Origin: a virus
Lineage: Duplodnaviria > Caudoviricetes
DNA length: 64,000 bases
Direction: 5' to 3' (one strand)
Virus record (IMG/VR): IMGVR_UViG_3300008954_000001
The notes under the pieces were generated by a model that was not told the DNA's origin, searched no databases, and worked only from the letters and a program-made list of their open reading frames with translations. The position numbers and the translations under genes were made by a program. Shown piece by piece: positions 27,847 to 39,000 of this stretch; within the stretch, counting starts at the first letter, position 1; the number at the start of each line of letters is the position of its first letter.

Positions 27847-30401
27847 CAGTCTTTTCCCGTTAGATATCTATGAGCTACGTTACCCGCCTTCAGTTCCCCA
27901 CCCTGGAGCTTTCTACGGGGTTTGGCGGGCCGTTTTGCTCTGAAAGATACATTTTTGGAACTCATATAGGAGAGAGTTGCCAAAACGTGCTTGCAGGCTT
28001 TGTGCTGCCCTTCGGGGTCTTTCATATCGGGGCGGGTCGCCGTACCTCTTGGTTTACCGTATAAGTAACCACCAACCTTGGCCCAATGCTCCGGTCCTTG
28101 CCATTGCCAAAAGTTGCAATCACAGGACACGAGGACATCGGCTTTAGCCAGCGTTCTCAAATTGTTCTTACGAATGGCCTTGAGGCGCACTCGATGGGTG
28201 TCTTCGCCACCACTTACATCGAAAAGCCAAACCGCATTTCTGGGATCGACTCGCCGCCTTGCAACACTCAGGCTTCGAGATCGCTCGTGGATGTTCTCTG
28301 AACACCCCGACATAATCTCGGCCATCTTCGCCGCTACGATTTCTCGATGTGCTTGTTTGAGTCGGGCCGTTTTGCCTACGAACCCTTGGCCTCTCGGAAT
28401 CACTTTCGCTGATCCCGGCGCACCTGGACGATCTCTGTCCACGGGCATCCCATGTGCGGGGCTACGGTTCTCCCGTTCTTCCTTGAGCTTGTTTGGTCCA
28501 ACCCAAGTGGGCAGACCTTCGTGGGCCGCTTCTTCTTCGCCATCGGGCAAGCTCGTGGGGGACTTCTCTTTGGGGTTAGTTTCCCTTCGAGCCAGATCAG
28601 CCTTCTCAAAGTAGAAATCAGCCAACCTTTCTAAGTCAGCGGCTCGGCTGGCTACTCTGGCGGGTCCGTTTGGCATCGGCTCCGAGTCTTCCTCAGGAAA
28701 GGAGACCTGTCCAAAATATAGTGGGGCTTTTCCAAGAGCCGCATCAGCGTCCTCGGTGTCTCGTGGGAAAAGATCCCCCTCAGGAGTCCTCGTAATCTGT
28801 CGGCTCCCGCCCACTAAAACCTTGTGCATCAAGATTGAGGCTACAGACCCAAGCTGGTCTGCGGTCATCGTGTCGATGCTGGCTACCCCTGTTTCGGTCA
28901 TACACATGGCTTGGAACTCTTCGGAATTGCCACCTTCTTCCAGCAATTCCATGCACATACGCATCATATCGGCGTTTAGCTCCAGCCCAAAGGCTTCTTG
29001 GCCGACTTCTACATCAATCAAATCAAACATCGCCTCAACATCGGCCTCGGTCAAAAGAACAACCGAGTGCCAAAAAGCAGGTAGGGGCATAGAAGCGATC
29101 CGACCAGACTCCAAACGATAAGTAACATAGCCCGTCATGGTCGAGATGTTTCTGACGAAGCCCAAAGTCAGCTTTGCGCCAGTGACGAAAGCGATCTCTG
29201 GGGTGGTCAAAACCTCGGCGGTACGGACCTTGAATCGACGGGGGTTCGCCTTTTGGAGCTTCCTACGGACAGCTTGAATACGCTTGAACTTCGGGTTTCG
29301 CTTCAAACGTGCTCGGTAGATCCTCTGACGGGCCTTGATCTTGCCCTTATTCTTCCTACGGTAATTGCGAGACTTAACCCTCGCAAGCCCACGCTTCCGC
29401 TTACGACGGCCCCAACCTTTTCTCTGCGCTTTGTAAGCGGTTTTGTCCATAGCCAACACCTCTTCAGAATCAAGATATAGGCAATCCAGCGTTTCTACGA
29501 CTTCAAGGAAATCGGAAGAGTAAAGAAAGGTGCTTCGCAAAAAGAAATCTTGAAGGCTGATCTTACGAAACTTGCCCTTGTATTCGTAAACGACCTTTTC
29601 GGTATCCCCGTTCACCCCTCGAAGCTGACAAAGACCCTCCCCTGTCATGTAAACAGGGATATCGTAAAAAATCACGAACGAAGGGTTTTCGACCAAACTT
29701 GCCTTCTTCTTATCATCTTGCTTTTTGGTGTTGTGCTTAGTTGTGGTTCGAGCACGGCCTTTACGAGCATCCGAAGCTCGTTGTTTGGCGGAGTTGTAGC
29801 CCCCGCCGGGTTTGCGAGCAAACCATTGAGGGTGCTTCCTACGAAGCATTTTGTCTCTCTTGAACAGGCCCTTTTTACGGATGCGTCGATACCGAAGCAT
29901 TTGCTTTCGGATCACCTGCTTTCGGTTCTTCAAATACCAAAGGTGAGACTTCTTCTTGGCTGGACCCTTTTGACTTCTTTGGCGGGCCTTACCGGGGGGT
30001 TTCTTCCCCATAGCCGACCCCGCCTCGTGGTCCTCATCCCCCGTAAGAGTCCTACGGCGGAAAAGACCTTTGGACTGATCGATAGTCTCTGGTTTGTATT
30101 GATCCCCCGGCTTCCCCTTCGTCCTCACACGGTCCTCATGGAGGTTACCGTCAGGGTGGGAGCCAGACTCCCCAGGAGCGTTGTAAACGGGCTGTGCGGG
30201 GCGGTTAACTTGCCTACCTGGACCTCGTGGTGCAGGTAAAGCCTGTTCCCGCTGGTCGGGCTTTGAGGAAGGGTTTCTTGGGTCGCCTCCCGAATCCCCT
30301 AAAGATCGCTCTTTATGAGCATCAGGAGGGATGTTTTTCTCGCTGTCCTCATCAACCCAAGTCTTTTGGCCGGGAAGACTTTGAGGATTTCGATACCCCA
30401 T
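27846..30401 (-). CDS. Large basic multidomain protein with C-terminal SWIM zinc finger
   Basis: VSCDC...ACKH (SWIM CxC...CxH). Two Arg/Lys-rich helices, each followed by a beta-rich domain. Confidence 0.8.
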   Translation of the reverse strand: MGYRNPQSLPGQKTWVDEDSEKNIPPDAHKERSLGDSGGDPRNPSSKPDQREQALPAPRGPGRQVNRPAQPVYNAPGESGSHPDGNLHEDRVRTKGKPGDQYKPETIDQSKGLFRRRTLTGDEDHEAGSAMGKKPPGKARQRSQKGPAKKKSHLWYLKNRKQVIRKQMLRYRRIRKKGLFKRDKMLRRKHPQWFARKPGGGYNSAKQRASDARKGRARTTTKHNTKKQDDKKKASLVENPSFVIFYDIPVYMTGEGLCQLRGVNGDTEKVVYEYKGKFRKISLQDFFLRSTFLYSSDFLEVVETLDCLYLDSEEVLAMDKTAYKAQRKGWGRRKRKRGLARVKSRNYRRKNKGKIKARQRIYRARLKRNPKFKRIQAVRRKLQKANPRRFKVRTAEVLTTPEIAFVTGAKLTLGFVRNISTMTGYVTYRLESGRIASMPLPAFWHSVVLLTEADVEAMFDLIDVEVGQEAFGLELNADMMRMCMELLEEGGNSEEFQAMCMTETGVASIDTMTADQLGSVASILMHKVLVGGSRQITRTPEGDLFPRDTEDADAALGKAPLYFGQVSFPEEDSEPMPNGPARVASRAADLERLADFYFEKADLARRETNPKEKSPTSLPDGEEEAAHEGLPTWVGPNKLKEERENRSPAHGMPVDRDRPGAPGSAKVIPRGQGFVGKTARLKQAHREIVAAKMAEIMSGCSENIHERSRSLSVARRRVDPRNAVWLFDVSGGEDTHRVRLKAIRKNNLRTLAKADVLVSCDCNFWQWQGPEHWAKVGGYLYGKPRGTATRPDMKDPEGQHKACKHVLATLSYMSSKNVSFRAKRPAKPRRKLQGGELKAGNVAHRYLTGKD

Positions 30402-30835
30402 TATTCCCCCCGATTTATGTGGACCTTCTTCGCCGCCACCCTCTTTTGATGTCGATACGCCACTTTTTGAGCAGAAACGGAGACTCCTTTTGAGAAGCCT
30501 TGAGTGGCATGAACCGCCTCATCGACATGGGTGCGATCTGGGATCGGAATCCGCCCACGCAAGAAATCTTGCCCCATCTTCGACAGGGCATAGCTGGTCT
30601 TGTCGAGAATACGCTCCAACGAAGCTATCCGGTTGGGCAGCCCCTCCAGAACATCTCCAAGATACTGATACAATAGTTCGTCGTGCTCGGATGAATTCGC
30701 CAGCTTCACCAAACGGTCCACAAGATGACGGATTCGGTGGGCCTCCACACGGGACTCACCCACACCACACGTCAATAGTGCCCACGCTGCTTGGCTACTT
30801 GCTGTTTTTTCTGACACGCCATTCTCCCTTGGCAC
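30401..30835 (-). CDS. Hypothetical helical protein
   Basis: 144 aa, coupled to the next gene. Carries KTA and KVAYRH motifs shared with head-module proteins. Confidence 0.75.
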   Translation of the reverse strand: MPRENGVSEKTASSQAAWALLTCGVGESRVEAHRIRHLVDRLVKLANSSEHDELLYQYLGDVLEGLPNRIASLERILDKTSYALSKMGQDFLRGRIPIPDRTHVDEAVHATQGFSKGVSVSAQKVAYRHQKRVAAKKVHINRGE

Positions 30836-30861
30836 AACACATGGTTCTACCAGTGAACTCC

Positions 30862-30877
30862 AATAGGGAGGATACCG
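30862..30877 (-). promoter_or_regulatory. Conserved intergenic motif copy (CGGTA-tcct-CCCTAT-T)
   Basis: AACGGTA-N4-CCCTATY is shared exactly with the 60795-60810 copy. Confidence 0.6.
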
Positions 30878-30879
30878 TT

Positions 30880-31677
30880 TCAGGACTTCGAGAGGCGTTC
30901 CGTAATCATCTTGACAACAGAGGGAACTTCAACAGCTTGGATTAGAGAGAGGGTTTCGGTGTCTGAACCATAACTCTTCGTGGCATCACGACCACGAGTG
31001 CGCCAATGGCGACCCATATCCCATTCAACACCATTAGAAAGAGTAACGACCTTTGATTTCGCCGTCTTAGCCGTCTTTTTTGGAGTGGTGCTTGAAGCAG
31101 TCGCCGCATTTGGCAAAACATCTTCCAAAGTGTCTCCAACAATCGCCTCATCGACATCCCCCGTAGCGGTGGCAGTCTTTGTCACCGCTGGAGGAGGGTT
31201 ATTCGACAGCCGATTGATCTCTTGTTGCGCTGCCGAAGTGTCCGTCAGGGTAGTGCGTTGGCGAGCGGGAGTAGCGATTTTCCCTACTGTTTCCCCCTCT
31301 CCCGAAACCTCACCGCCGCCCTCAGTCGTCGATGTCGAATGAACCGTGCCGACTACCTTATTATCATCATAGGCTTGCGTCACGGGCATAGGCTTGCCCC
31401 GATCCTCAATGTTGGCCGCTTGAGCGGGACGGATATGGATATTGGCCGATTTCGGCTTGTAGGTTGAAGTTGTGTCCGTGGATGGAACGAGCCAACCTGA
31501 CATGACGGCCCCCCGTAGTTGAGGCAAGGCATGATTATCCCCCTCATACTTCAAGGTGTGTCCGTCAAACTCAATCTCTTCGTCCTTTTCAAGATACCTC
31601 TCCAATCGCCCCAAATGGATTTGGGTTACGACTCGGAAAGTCTCGAACTCACCTTTTACGAAATTGTGCTTGGACAT
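30880..31677 (-). CDS. Hypothetical protein (Thr/Ala-rich linker)
   Basis: 265-aa ORF with SD AGGAGG. Confidence 0.8.
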   Translation of the reverse strand: MSKHNFVKGEFETFRVVTQIHLGRLERYLEKDEEIEFDGHTLKYEGDNHALPQLRGAVMSGWLVPSTDTTSTYKPKSANIHIRPAQAANIEDRGKPMPVTQAYDDNKVVGTVHSTSTTEGGGEVSGEGETVGKIATPARQRTTLTDTSAAQQEINRLSNNPPPAVTKTATATGDVDEAIVGDTLEDVLPNAATASSTTPKKTAKTAKSKVVTLSNGVEWDMGRHWRTRGRDATKSYGSDTETLSLIQAVEVPSVVKMITERLSKS

Positions 31678-31743
31678 AGGGAATGCCTCCTAAGGAAAAA
31701 ATCTTGCCATATCATACCCACCCCAAAACGGTAGATAAGGATA

Positions 31744-33090
31744 TCAGCGGGTTTGCCGAAGGAGTCTAATCTCCGCTTTGAGGGTTTCGATCTGATCTTG
31801 TTGTTCTTGGACAGCTTTGACCAAAGGGGCAAGCAATTCGGTGTAAATCATGCCGATTCCTTCTTCCGATTCAGATACCCCGGCAAAAGCCTTCCCTTTC
31901 AGTGCGGTCTTTACTTGATCTCCAAGAAATCCGTAGTGGCGATCATCATCTGCTCCCGCTCGGAATTTATAGGATACGGGCCTTACTGACATGATGAAGT
32001 CTAACCCAAGGTCACAATCATTGATAAGCCGCTTCTTCTGAGAGTCAGAAACAGTTGCTACACCATTGATCGAATAAATACCGTCCCACGGGCGAATGGG
32101 TGTGCCGAGATAGTGCTTGTACTTTCCTTGGCCGCCAACATCGGGTATCTCCCACCCGTTGTTCTTCATAATGTCCAGAACCACATCAAGGAAGTCTTTT
32201 TGGGAAGGGGGCTTTCCAGAAAAGATCCTCGTCCACCTATCCCAATTTGAAGCATCCCATCTTCGGTCCTTGGATGCCGTTACCGTAGAAACCAATCGGG
32301 AATCTTTACCTTGAAACTGCAATAGGAACTGTTGAGGGTGCGAGAGGCCGCCTTTTTGTATGCTTGCGGATAGATCCTCAATCGTCTCATACACCTTCTC
32401 ATATAGATACAGTATGTGCTTTTGGTGCTTTTCGACCTGCGATGCGATTTCATGTTGAAGCTCTTTGAGCTTCGTTTTGTGCTCAACGATCTGGTGCTGT
32501 AGCACCGCCATCTTCTTACTCAGAGTGGCTTTTATATCCTCGGACTCCTTTTGGAGCAGTTGTATCTGCTTATGCTTCTTGTCCATAGAAGCCTGATAAA
32601 AACTCATCGCCTCTGCGATCTGTTGATCAAGGTCTTTTATGCTGTTTTGAAGGGACTCAATTAGGGTTGTGTCGCCCGCCACATGAGCGGCTTTCAATTG
32701 TTGCTCTAAAGAAGCCTTCGTATTGTCAAAGGCCATCATCTGGAGTTTATGGCTCTCTTGAAGGGCCTTTATGCTCATATGAAGAGCATAGATTTGTTGA
32801 TCTTTTTCCTGAAGCGACTTGCTTAATTCCTCTTGGACGGACGCTAATTCCGCTTGGGCGGCTTTAATGGCCGCCTGAGTTTCCGCCGATGCTTTCGCCC
32901 CTTCTTCTTTTACCTTTTCCAAGGTGCGTTCGATATCCGCAATCTCTGTGTTGAGTTTGAGAAGGATCTCATGCTCATCCCCTCGACCTCCCAACTGTAA
33001 GAAAGTGGTGGCAACTAACTTCGCTTCGGTCATAGCCTGATCGAAGTCTATGTCGGCATCCTTGTACTTGTTCACATAATTGGTAGCCAT
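31744..33090 (-). CDS. Coiled-coil fibre protein with C-terminal intramolecular chaperone (Peptidase S74)
   Basis: LGT..RPW..IY..NG..TV-SDSQKK...GLDFIMSVRPVSYKF...HYGFLGDQV...YTELLAPLVKAVQE, the S74 autocleaving chaperone signature. Confidence 0.85.
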   Translation of the reverse strand: MATNYVNKYKDADIDFDQAMTEAKLVATTFLQLGGRGDEHEILLKLNTEIADIERTLEKVKEEGAKASAETQAAIKAAQAELASVQEELSKSLQEKDQQIYALHMSIKALQESHKLQMMAFDNTKASLEQQLKAAHVAGDTTLIESLQNSIKDLDQQIAEAMSFYQASMDKKHKQIQLLQKESEDIKATLSKKMAVLQHQIVEHKTKLKELQHEIASQVEKHQKHILYLYEKVYETIEDLSASIQKGGLSHPQQFLLQFQGKDSRLVSTVTASKDRRWDASNWDRWTRIFSGKPPSQKDFLDVVLDIMKNNGWEIPDVGGQGKYKHYLGTPIRPWDGIYSINGVATVSDSQKKRLINDCDLGLDFIMSVRPVSYKFRAGADDDRHYGFLGDQVKTALKGKAFAGVSESEEGIGMIYTELLAPLVKAVQEQQDQIETLKAEIRLLRQTR

Positions 33091-33099
33091 TTCTTACTC

Positions 33100-36000
33100 C
33101 TACCCAAGGGCATCGTGATCTGTGTCGGGATCATCGGGGTTAGTAAAATCGTCGTTCAGGCCGCTATCGTCACCGCCAGTGTCGCCGCTATCGTCACCGC
33201 CAGTGTCGCCGCTATCGTCACCGCCAGTGTCGCCGCTATCGTCACCGCCAGTGTCGCCGCCATCAGGAGCACCCCCTTCTTGGAGCACCAAGACAGGAGC
33301 GGAGGCTTCAGACTGGTTCAGACCCACTGTTACGGACACCTTAATGGTCGCCGTACCTGCCCTCTTCCCTGTCACCACCCCATCTGATGATATGGTCGCC
33401 GTAGTTGGATCACTACTATTCCAAAGAATGCCGTGCGTTGTCGTCAAAGTCTGTACGAAGCCGTCAGACCACACAGCTTCCGCTTTGAGAATAAGGTCTT
33501 GACCCGCAGGGACAGCGAAACCGGAATCCTTACCTTGAAGATCCTTAATCGTGAGTGTTGTTATGGTAGCTGCCGGAGCGGTGATAACCGCTAAAGAAAC
33601 CGTGTCGTTGAAGCTACCGTCAACCGTAGCTGTTATATCAACCACCGTCTCGTCTGTGTTGGCGGTATAAACACCATCTGCCGTAATGGTTCCAGCCCCC
33701 GCAGGGCTGATAGACCAACTGGTGGTGTAAGCCGCAGTTTCGAGATTTTGCTCCATGCCATTGTTCCAAATCCCAACGACGGTCAGATCCAACTGGCCCG
33801 CTTGGTCAATCTGCGTGGGAACCGTGTTCGTAGCACTATCCTCAATCCTAATGCTCGTCATGATCGGTTGTGCTGCTTTTGCGGTAAGAGCCACATCTGT
33901 CGTCTTGGTGCCGTATGTGGCGTACACAGTTTCACTACCCTCTACGCTCGCCTTCAAAGTAACGATCCCAGAGATATCGTCGTAGTTATCAATAGTAAAA
34001 GCCCCGCTGTCCGACACGGACCAAGAAAGGTCAGTGCCGTTGAGAGCGGCTTGGGAGCTATCGCTGTAAGTCCCAAGAGCCTTTAGTTGAAGCGCATCCC
34101 CCACGGTCGCTGCGAAGTCAAAATGGCCATCGGCATCCACAATATGGATAGAACTAAGCGTCACAACAGGGTCAGTCACGGTAATGGCAATACTGTCTGA
34201 TGCGTCCATCACTTTAGCAGAAATCTCGGTCGCAAAGGTCGAAGCAAGAACGCCTGTCACCAAACCATTATCGTCAACCAAAGCATTTGTCTCAGATGAA
34301 CTGTTCCACTGGAGGCCAGTGGAACTTGTAATATCGCCAGTGCTCCCATCTGAATAAGTAGCCGTGACCTTTAGCTGAAGCGTTGAACCCTCTTCTAATG
34401 AAGCGGTGTCGCTCCCATCAGCCGTAGTCACATCAATCGAGGCCACATAAACATGCGGGGTGTAGCCCACAATGGCTTGACGATCCCACACAAACGATTT
34501 GCGATTCGAGTGTTGTGTGAGGTTAAGATCCGCATTGGCGAACTCGAATGTCCGACCCAACGCAGTATCGTTGTTGGGCCAATAAACACTTCGGTCAGTG
34601 GACTCAACATCGTTGTGCGCCCACCAATCGACATCCCAACTATCTGTGAGATCAACCCCTTCATCACTAATCCCGTTCCATAGCAACCAGAAGGTTATGC
34701 GATCAGGGCCAAGGGTTGTGTCGTAAGGGCCTTCCTTTTGCCGAATCTCCAAGCAGATAGGAATCCCGTATTGATCGGGGTGTCCCGGAACTGGCATCAC
34801 CGAAACCTTCCCGAACAACATACTCTCAAAGTTCAATGCTACTCGAACGACCTTGCCCACCGTTCCTTCGGATGTCCAAAGACGGGTATCCCCTCGGTCT
34901 GTTCGTGAGATGCCACCAACTTCGGATGGGGGATCATACGTTCCCATCGATCCCGCATAGTAGTTGAAGTCAGCAGTCGCCGTTTCCAACCCCTTCTCAC
35001 AGAGCTTGATAAAGCACATTTCATCCGAAGCAACCGTAACCCCATCAAGACTTGCTCGATGGATAACATAGGTCTGCGAAATGTCTTTTAGCTCCGTACT
35101 CCAAGGGGTGCTCACGGGGTAGGGATCAAAATAGCTGCCACCTTTCCCTGCGTTCATCTGTACTTTAGGGACCAGTGGTTTTGGCACCCCAAAGAAATAG
35201 GTGGGGGTTTTGGGGCCGCTGAAGTCTCCACCAAGCATGGGCCATGGGAGGATCGGAGCAAAGTGCTCACCATGAAGGATAACCTCTGGCGAATGCTCCA
35301 ACGCCTCTGAATAATGAAGCTCAAGAACCACTGTCTTCGTAGAACAACTCGCTTCGTAAAAAGTGTCTGTCGCATACTGCTTCCAGTGATCTACTCCAGG
35401 AAGGGCATAAGAGTTGCCTGTGGCTTCATATGAGAAATGTTGTGTCGATCTGTTAACAACATCCGACCATTGTTGATCTCCATCAACAGTCCATGTTGAA
35501 ACATCCCCCTCCATATGGATGATCCCACCAAATCGACCCTTGTACACATAATCTTGAGGGGCCGCATCGATATTTACATCCTCCGGGGTGAGGTTCCTAA
35601 CATCGACCAAAATAGGCTTGTCGATCTTCTCCATGAATACCTTTTGAGAAGTCCAACTGTTTTGACGGTTCCCATAAATATCTGCGGCGGCAGTCTCCCT
35701 AATTTTGCGGTATTGGTAGTTATCATCACTACTGAAAATCCCCCAATCCACGTGTTTCTTCCAATCGTCCCAACCAGTTGAGGTTCGAGGGTCGGGAAGT
35801 GACTTAACCTTCAAGGTGTCTGTATCCATCGCCTCGTCATAATGAAGAGTCAAAGCGTTGAAGGCGGGATCATAAAAAGAATGTTGAGGGGCGTAATGGT
35901 CTCCTGAAGCGAGGAACCTCCACATACTTGTGGTGGTGTATTGGTCGCCATTTTCCTCACTCCCGTAGTTTTGGGTAATGGCCCCGGAGACGGCCCCTGT

Positions 36001-39000
36001 ATTTGAATACCGTGGAGCCATCACATCAATCGTGTAGTCTTTGTAATTAAGACCGCCGATTAGCGTGGTTTTATCCGCTTCCCGCATTGTCAGCCAAAGC
36101 CTGTATGTCCCTTTAGTTAGGAGAGGGAAATTCTCGTGAGACCACGACTTTTCAACCTCCCCTTCCGCAGTAAGGTCCACATACCCCTCATCGATTACGA
36201 GAGAGCCATTGAGAGGTTCGAGCTTGTAATGAACCCAAGGAGGGTTTGTATAAGTCTCCTGATCCGCTTTAGGGCTGAACTTGATGTAAATGGTTCCAGC
36301 ACTGCTTGTTGAACCTTGCTTTACGGGCAGTTCTTCATTTGGGTTGTAGGAAGGCACATAATAAGTATCCCCACTGTCTGTGCGGTACTCAGCATCCCAA
36401 CTGTAAACCGTAGGCTTCTTGTTCTGAACTTCAAAAGTGCCTTCCCAACGATACATGGCGTAATCTGCAAAAGGTGAAGTTGCCCCACTCTCCTCAGTGT
36501 CGCTGTAACCCTCAACCACATAGTTGTAGGTGCCGTTCTCAAGCTCACTGGTGGTGTAGGTAGACCCCACATCCATTGCTGCGCTACCGCCCACAGGGAG
36601 TAGGATATCGTTGTACAACCAAATCGTGTCCATCTTACCGTTCGGGTCATCTTCCGTAACAGTGACTTCAACTCGGCCATCGTCTCCGATTTCGTTGAAC
36701 ACTACATGGAGGCCGTGATCCTTGATCTCAACATCCATGATCTCTGTAGTTCCGCTTGACCAAGCAAAGGTCGCCTTATGAACCCCCGCCAAAACATGAG
36801 TAGGTGTTCCAGTTTGGGCGTTCGGGGGGTTGTTCCCATAAGCATAGGAAGTGTCCAAATCCTCACCACCATTTGTGTCCACATCCCAATGGAAAGGACC
36901 AAAAATGAAAGCGGGTTTCCCACTATCCGTAACCGAATGGCTGTATGCCCCACTGAAACTTTTATCTCCGTCAGGCGTTTCAAGTGTCAGTAGGCAGGTG
37001 CTCATGTAAGACACACCCGCCGGGGCGAGCTTGATCCCATGGCGGCCATGTTGAAACCAAGTGTCTCCGATTTCCTCAATATCAAAGGAAACCCCTGTCG
37101 GCACCCCACAGGTAACCGTGCCTGAAGAGTCAAAGCTCCCTTGAGTGGTGAAAATATATGTGCCTGGAACCATCTGACCCAAAGCATCATCAAAAGGCTG
37201 GTCTACGGTAAAGGAATACTGACGGGCATAGTTCTCCAGCCCCGCAAAGTCAGTTTCGTTCCCAACACTTCCAAACGGAATCTCTACGATGGGGAAGTTG
37301 TATGTCGCCGTTGGGTTGGACCCTGTTCGGACCAAGAAAGAAACATCTTCGCCCGCCCCAAACGCAAGATCGATCTTAGTGGGTTCGGGGGTCTGGTTAG
37401 CTTCTACTTGCTCATAAATAACATTGTAAAAGACTTCAATTGAGTAATCGAAGTCAACCGTAGCGGTGGCTTCAAAACCAGACCAGCCACCAACCACTTG
37501 TGTCTCAACTGCGATTGTATAGGCTCCTGTCAAATCAAAGTCCCAAGGGATCTCCACTTCCGTATTAGCAGTAGACCAATCCCAATCCATGTAGAAATAT
37601 TGATCTTCATCCTCCCAAGAAATGATCTTCACCCGCCAATTACTTACATCTGCGCCAAGGGAAACAGAAAGGGTGACCTTGTTGTCGTTTTTGACCAAAT
37701 CTGTGATTGCAATCTCACCGTCCACGAAAACGTACTCGGCTTCCCACGGGCCGTAAGCAAGCGAACCGTCAGCGGCTAAAGTAATCTCATCAACACAGAA
37801 TTTAACTGCCTCTCCCGCAGGGTACAGACCACCATTAGGCCCGTAATAAGTAAGAGATGCGGATGACCCGCTAATAATGACATTTACATACTCTTGAGGG
37901 TCGTACAGCACCCAATCACCGTTTGCGTCCTTGACCTTCACATACGCAGAATTGATGCTGGTGATTGCTTGGTTGAATGTGAAGGTGGTCACACCACCGT
38001 CGTTCGAGATTGTGCTCCCCTCTGAAGGAGTAACACTCAATACTTCCAAGGGGGGTACAGGTTCGGGGTGGTTTTGAACATCGATATAAACCACACCGTC
38101 CCAGCTATCGGAAAAAATGTCCGAGTAGAGGCCCGAAGACAGTGGGTTACCCCAACCTGCACACTGCATGTGCGGGGCGAGAGCGTCGGGGTTTGTTTCA
38201 CTTGGGTTGCCACGAGGAACCTGAGGGTAGCCTTTGCCATCATAAGTGTACAAAGGCTTCAATGTGAGTCGAATTCGATACAGCCCATCCCCGTAAGGAA
38301 TCGGGGTTCCGCTCACGGTTGTAAGGTCGAACGATAGTTTGTGCGCCCAAATCTGTTCGGAAACGTCCTTCTTCTGCTCGTCTGTCAGTTCCGCAAATCG
38401 TGGGTGGGAGTCCTTCATTGGTTGAACAAACTTAAGAGAAGCAACCACATCTGTTGCGACAGTCTCTACGCCATTGGTGCCAACCGTATAAACTGTAACT
38501 CCAGCCCCCTCGTAAAAGGCCAAGAGAGCGTTTGGCTCCATATGTTTAACGGCAGTCGTAAATTGGACGGGTGCCTCACCGTCCCAATCGCCGTTAGTTT
38601 CATGGTTGATGTGGTAAACCCCTTGCGCCCCAGTTTGAGCCAACTGTGGGTACTGAGCTTCCATCAACACTAAAGGCAATTCCGTAGCTGTGTTGCCGTT
38701 AGCATCTGTTAAAAAGTGCGACAGTTTGAACTTTGCGTTTGGTGCTGTTGTGGCGTTAGCCTCAAACTTCACAGTAATGGCTTGGACATGCTCGTGGCTA
38801 TCCACCAAATGTACTTCCGAAATGGTTAGGCCAGACTCCCCATTTACGCTCCACATACTTGGATCGGTGGGGTTTTCAACCGCTTCATCAAACCCTACCA
38901 ACACTGACCGCACGTTTGAGATCAAAGCGTTGTCCGAAGTTCGAGCAACATTACCAATATATGTAACGACTGGTGAAGGGTTGATGAAAGTCGCCACGGG

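Noticed and set aside
33161-33260. 24-bp repeat array as CRISPR or an origin
   Set aside because: The repeats are contiguous with no spacers, in frame, and encode GDTGGDDS within a CDS.
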